A stretch of 19,189 bases of DNA from Octopus sinensis. Taxonomy: Eukaryota. The notes under the pieces were generated by a model. The model made no database searches. It worked only from the letters and a program-made list of their open reading frames with translations, and was not told the origin of the DNA. The position numbers and the translations under genes were made by a program. Location of the stretch: contig NW_021824283.1 of NCBI RefSeq assembly GCF_006345805.1, positions 1 through 19,189 on the forward strand, read 5' to 3'. This document shows, piece after piece, positions 18,860 to 19,189 of the stretch. The first letter of the stretch is position 1, and the number at the start of each line of letters is the position of its first letter.

Positions 18860-19189
18860 TAGAAATATTACATTTCTAAATCTCTCAGAGAGAGTGTTGC
18901 AGTAACAGCATGATAAAGTGATGGCTTGTTGCTAACTTAATGTGGCAGTCCCAGGAAAGGGAAGAATGTTACTGTTATTTAGCCCTAAGAAACATCGTTT
19001 CTAGTTGGCTGCACGACACAAGCGTTCTGTGTTCTTAAGTTTTCAAACAGGGGAGAAAAGCATCTCCACCTAACAAAGCCAGCATTCAGAGACAAGTTTC
19101 AGGGTTATTGCTCTCCATTAGTCTGGGGTAGTTTGGCCTTGCTAGATGTCGCTGCTAATCCGCTGTTGAAAACTTATAGGATTTCAGTG
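18860..19189 (-). mobile_element. Diverged second copy of the hammerhead-bearing monomer family, circularly permuted; runs off the window
   Basis: AGAAATATTACATTTCTAAATCTCTCAGAGAGA ~ 18353-18385; TTTAGCCCTAAGAAACATCG ~ 18106-18125; GGGGAGA; terminal ATTTCAGTG ~ 18318-18326. Confidence 0.72.
19087..19125 (-). ncRNA. Degenerate hammerhead at the homologous position in copy 2
   Basis: Minus strand: CAGA CTAATGG AGAGCAATAACCCT GAAAC TT GTC TCTG. Helix I is CAGA/TCTG; the core has two G/A transitions. Confidence 0.6.

Overview
Eukaryotic, AT-rich intronic or intergenic DNA made almost entirely of repeats. The SINE families and microsatellite load match what I recognise from Octopus (coleoid cephalopod) genomes; this is inference. 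I can support no intact host gene, and nearly all listed ORFs are microsatellite or SINE read-through. The window holds about 14 copies or fragments of one tRNA-derived SINE (family A), two other tRNA-SINE families (C, D) and 3' ends of an RTE LINE with a 65-bp minisatellite in its 3'UTR (family B). It also holds decayed RTE and CRE-clade LINE fragments, a hAT MITE with a perfect 8-bp TSD and a Helitron 3' end. The most interesting signal is a set of minimal type-I hammerhead ribozyme motifs. The best one (18215-18259, minus strand) lies in a ~361-bp non-coding monomer whose head-to-tail junction is preserved in an adjacent inverted fragment, as expected for a circular-RNA or tandem retrozyme mobilised by Penelope-like elements. 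A second hammerhead was split by a SINE insertion whose TSD duplicates the catalytic core.
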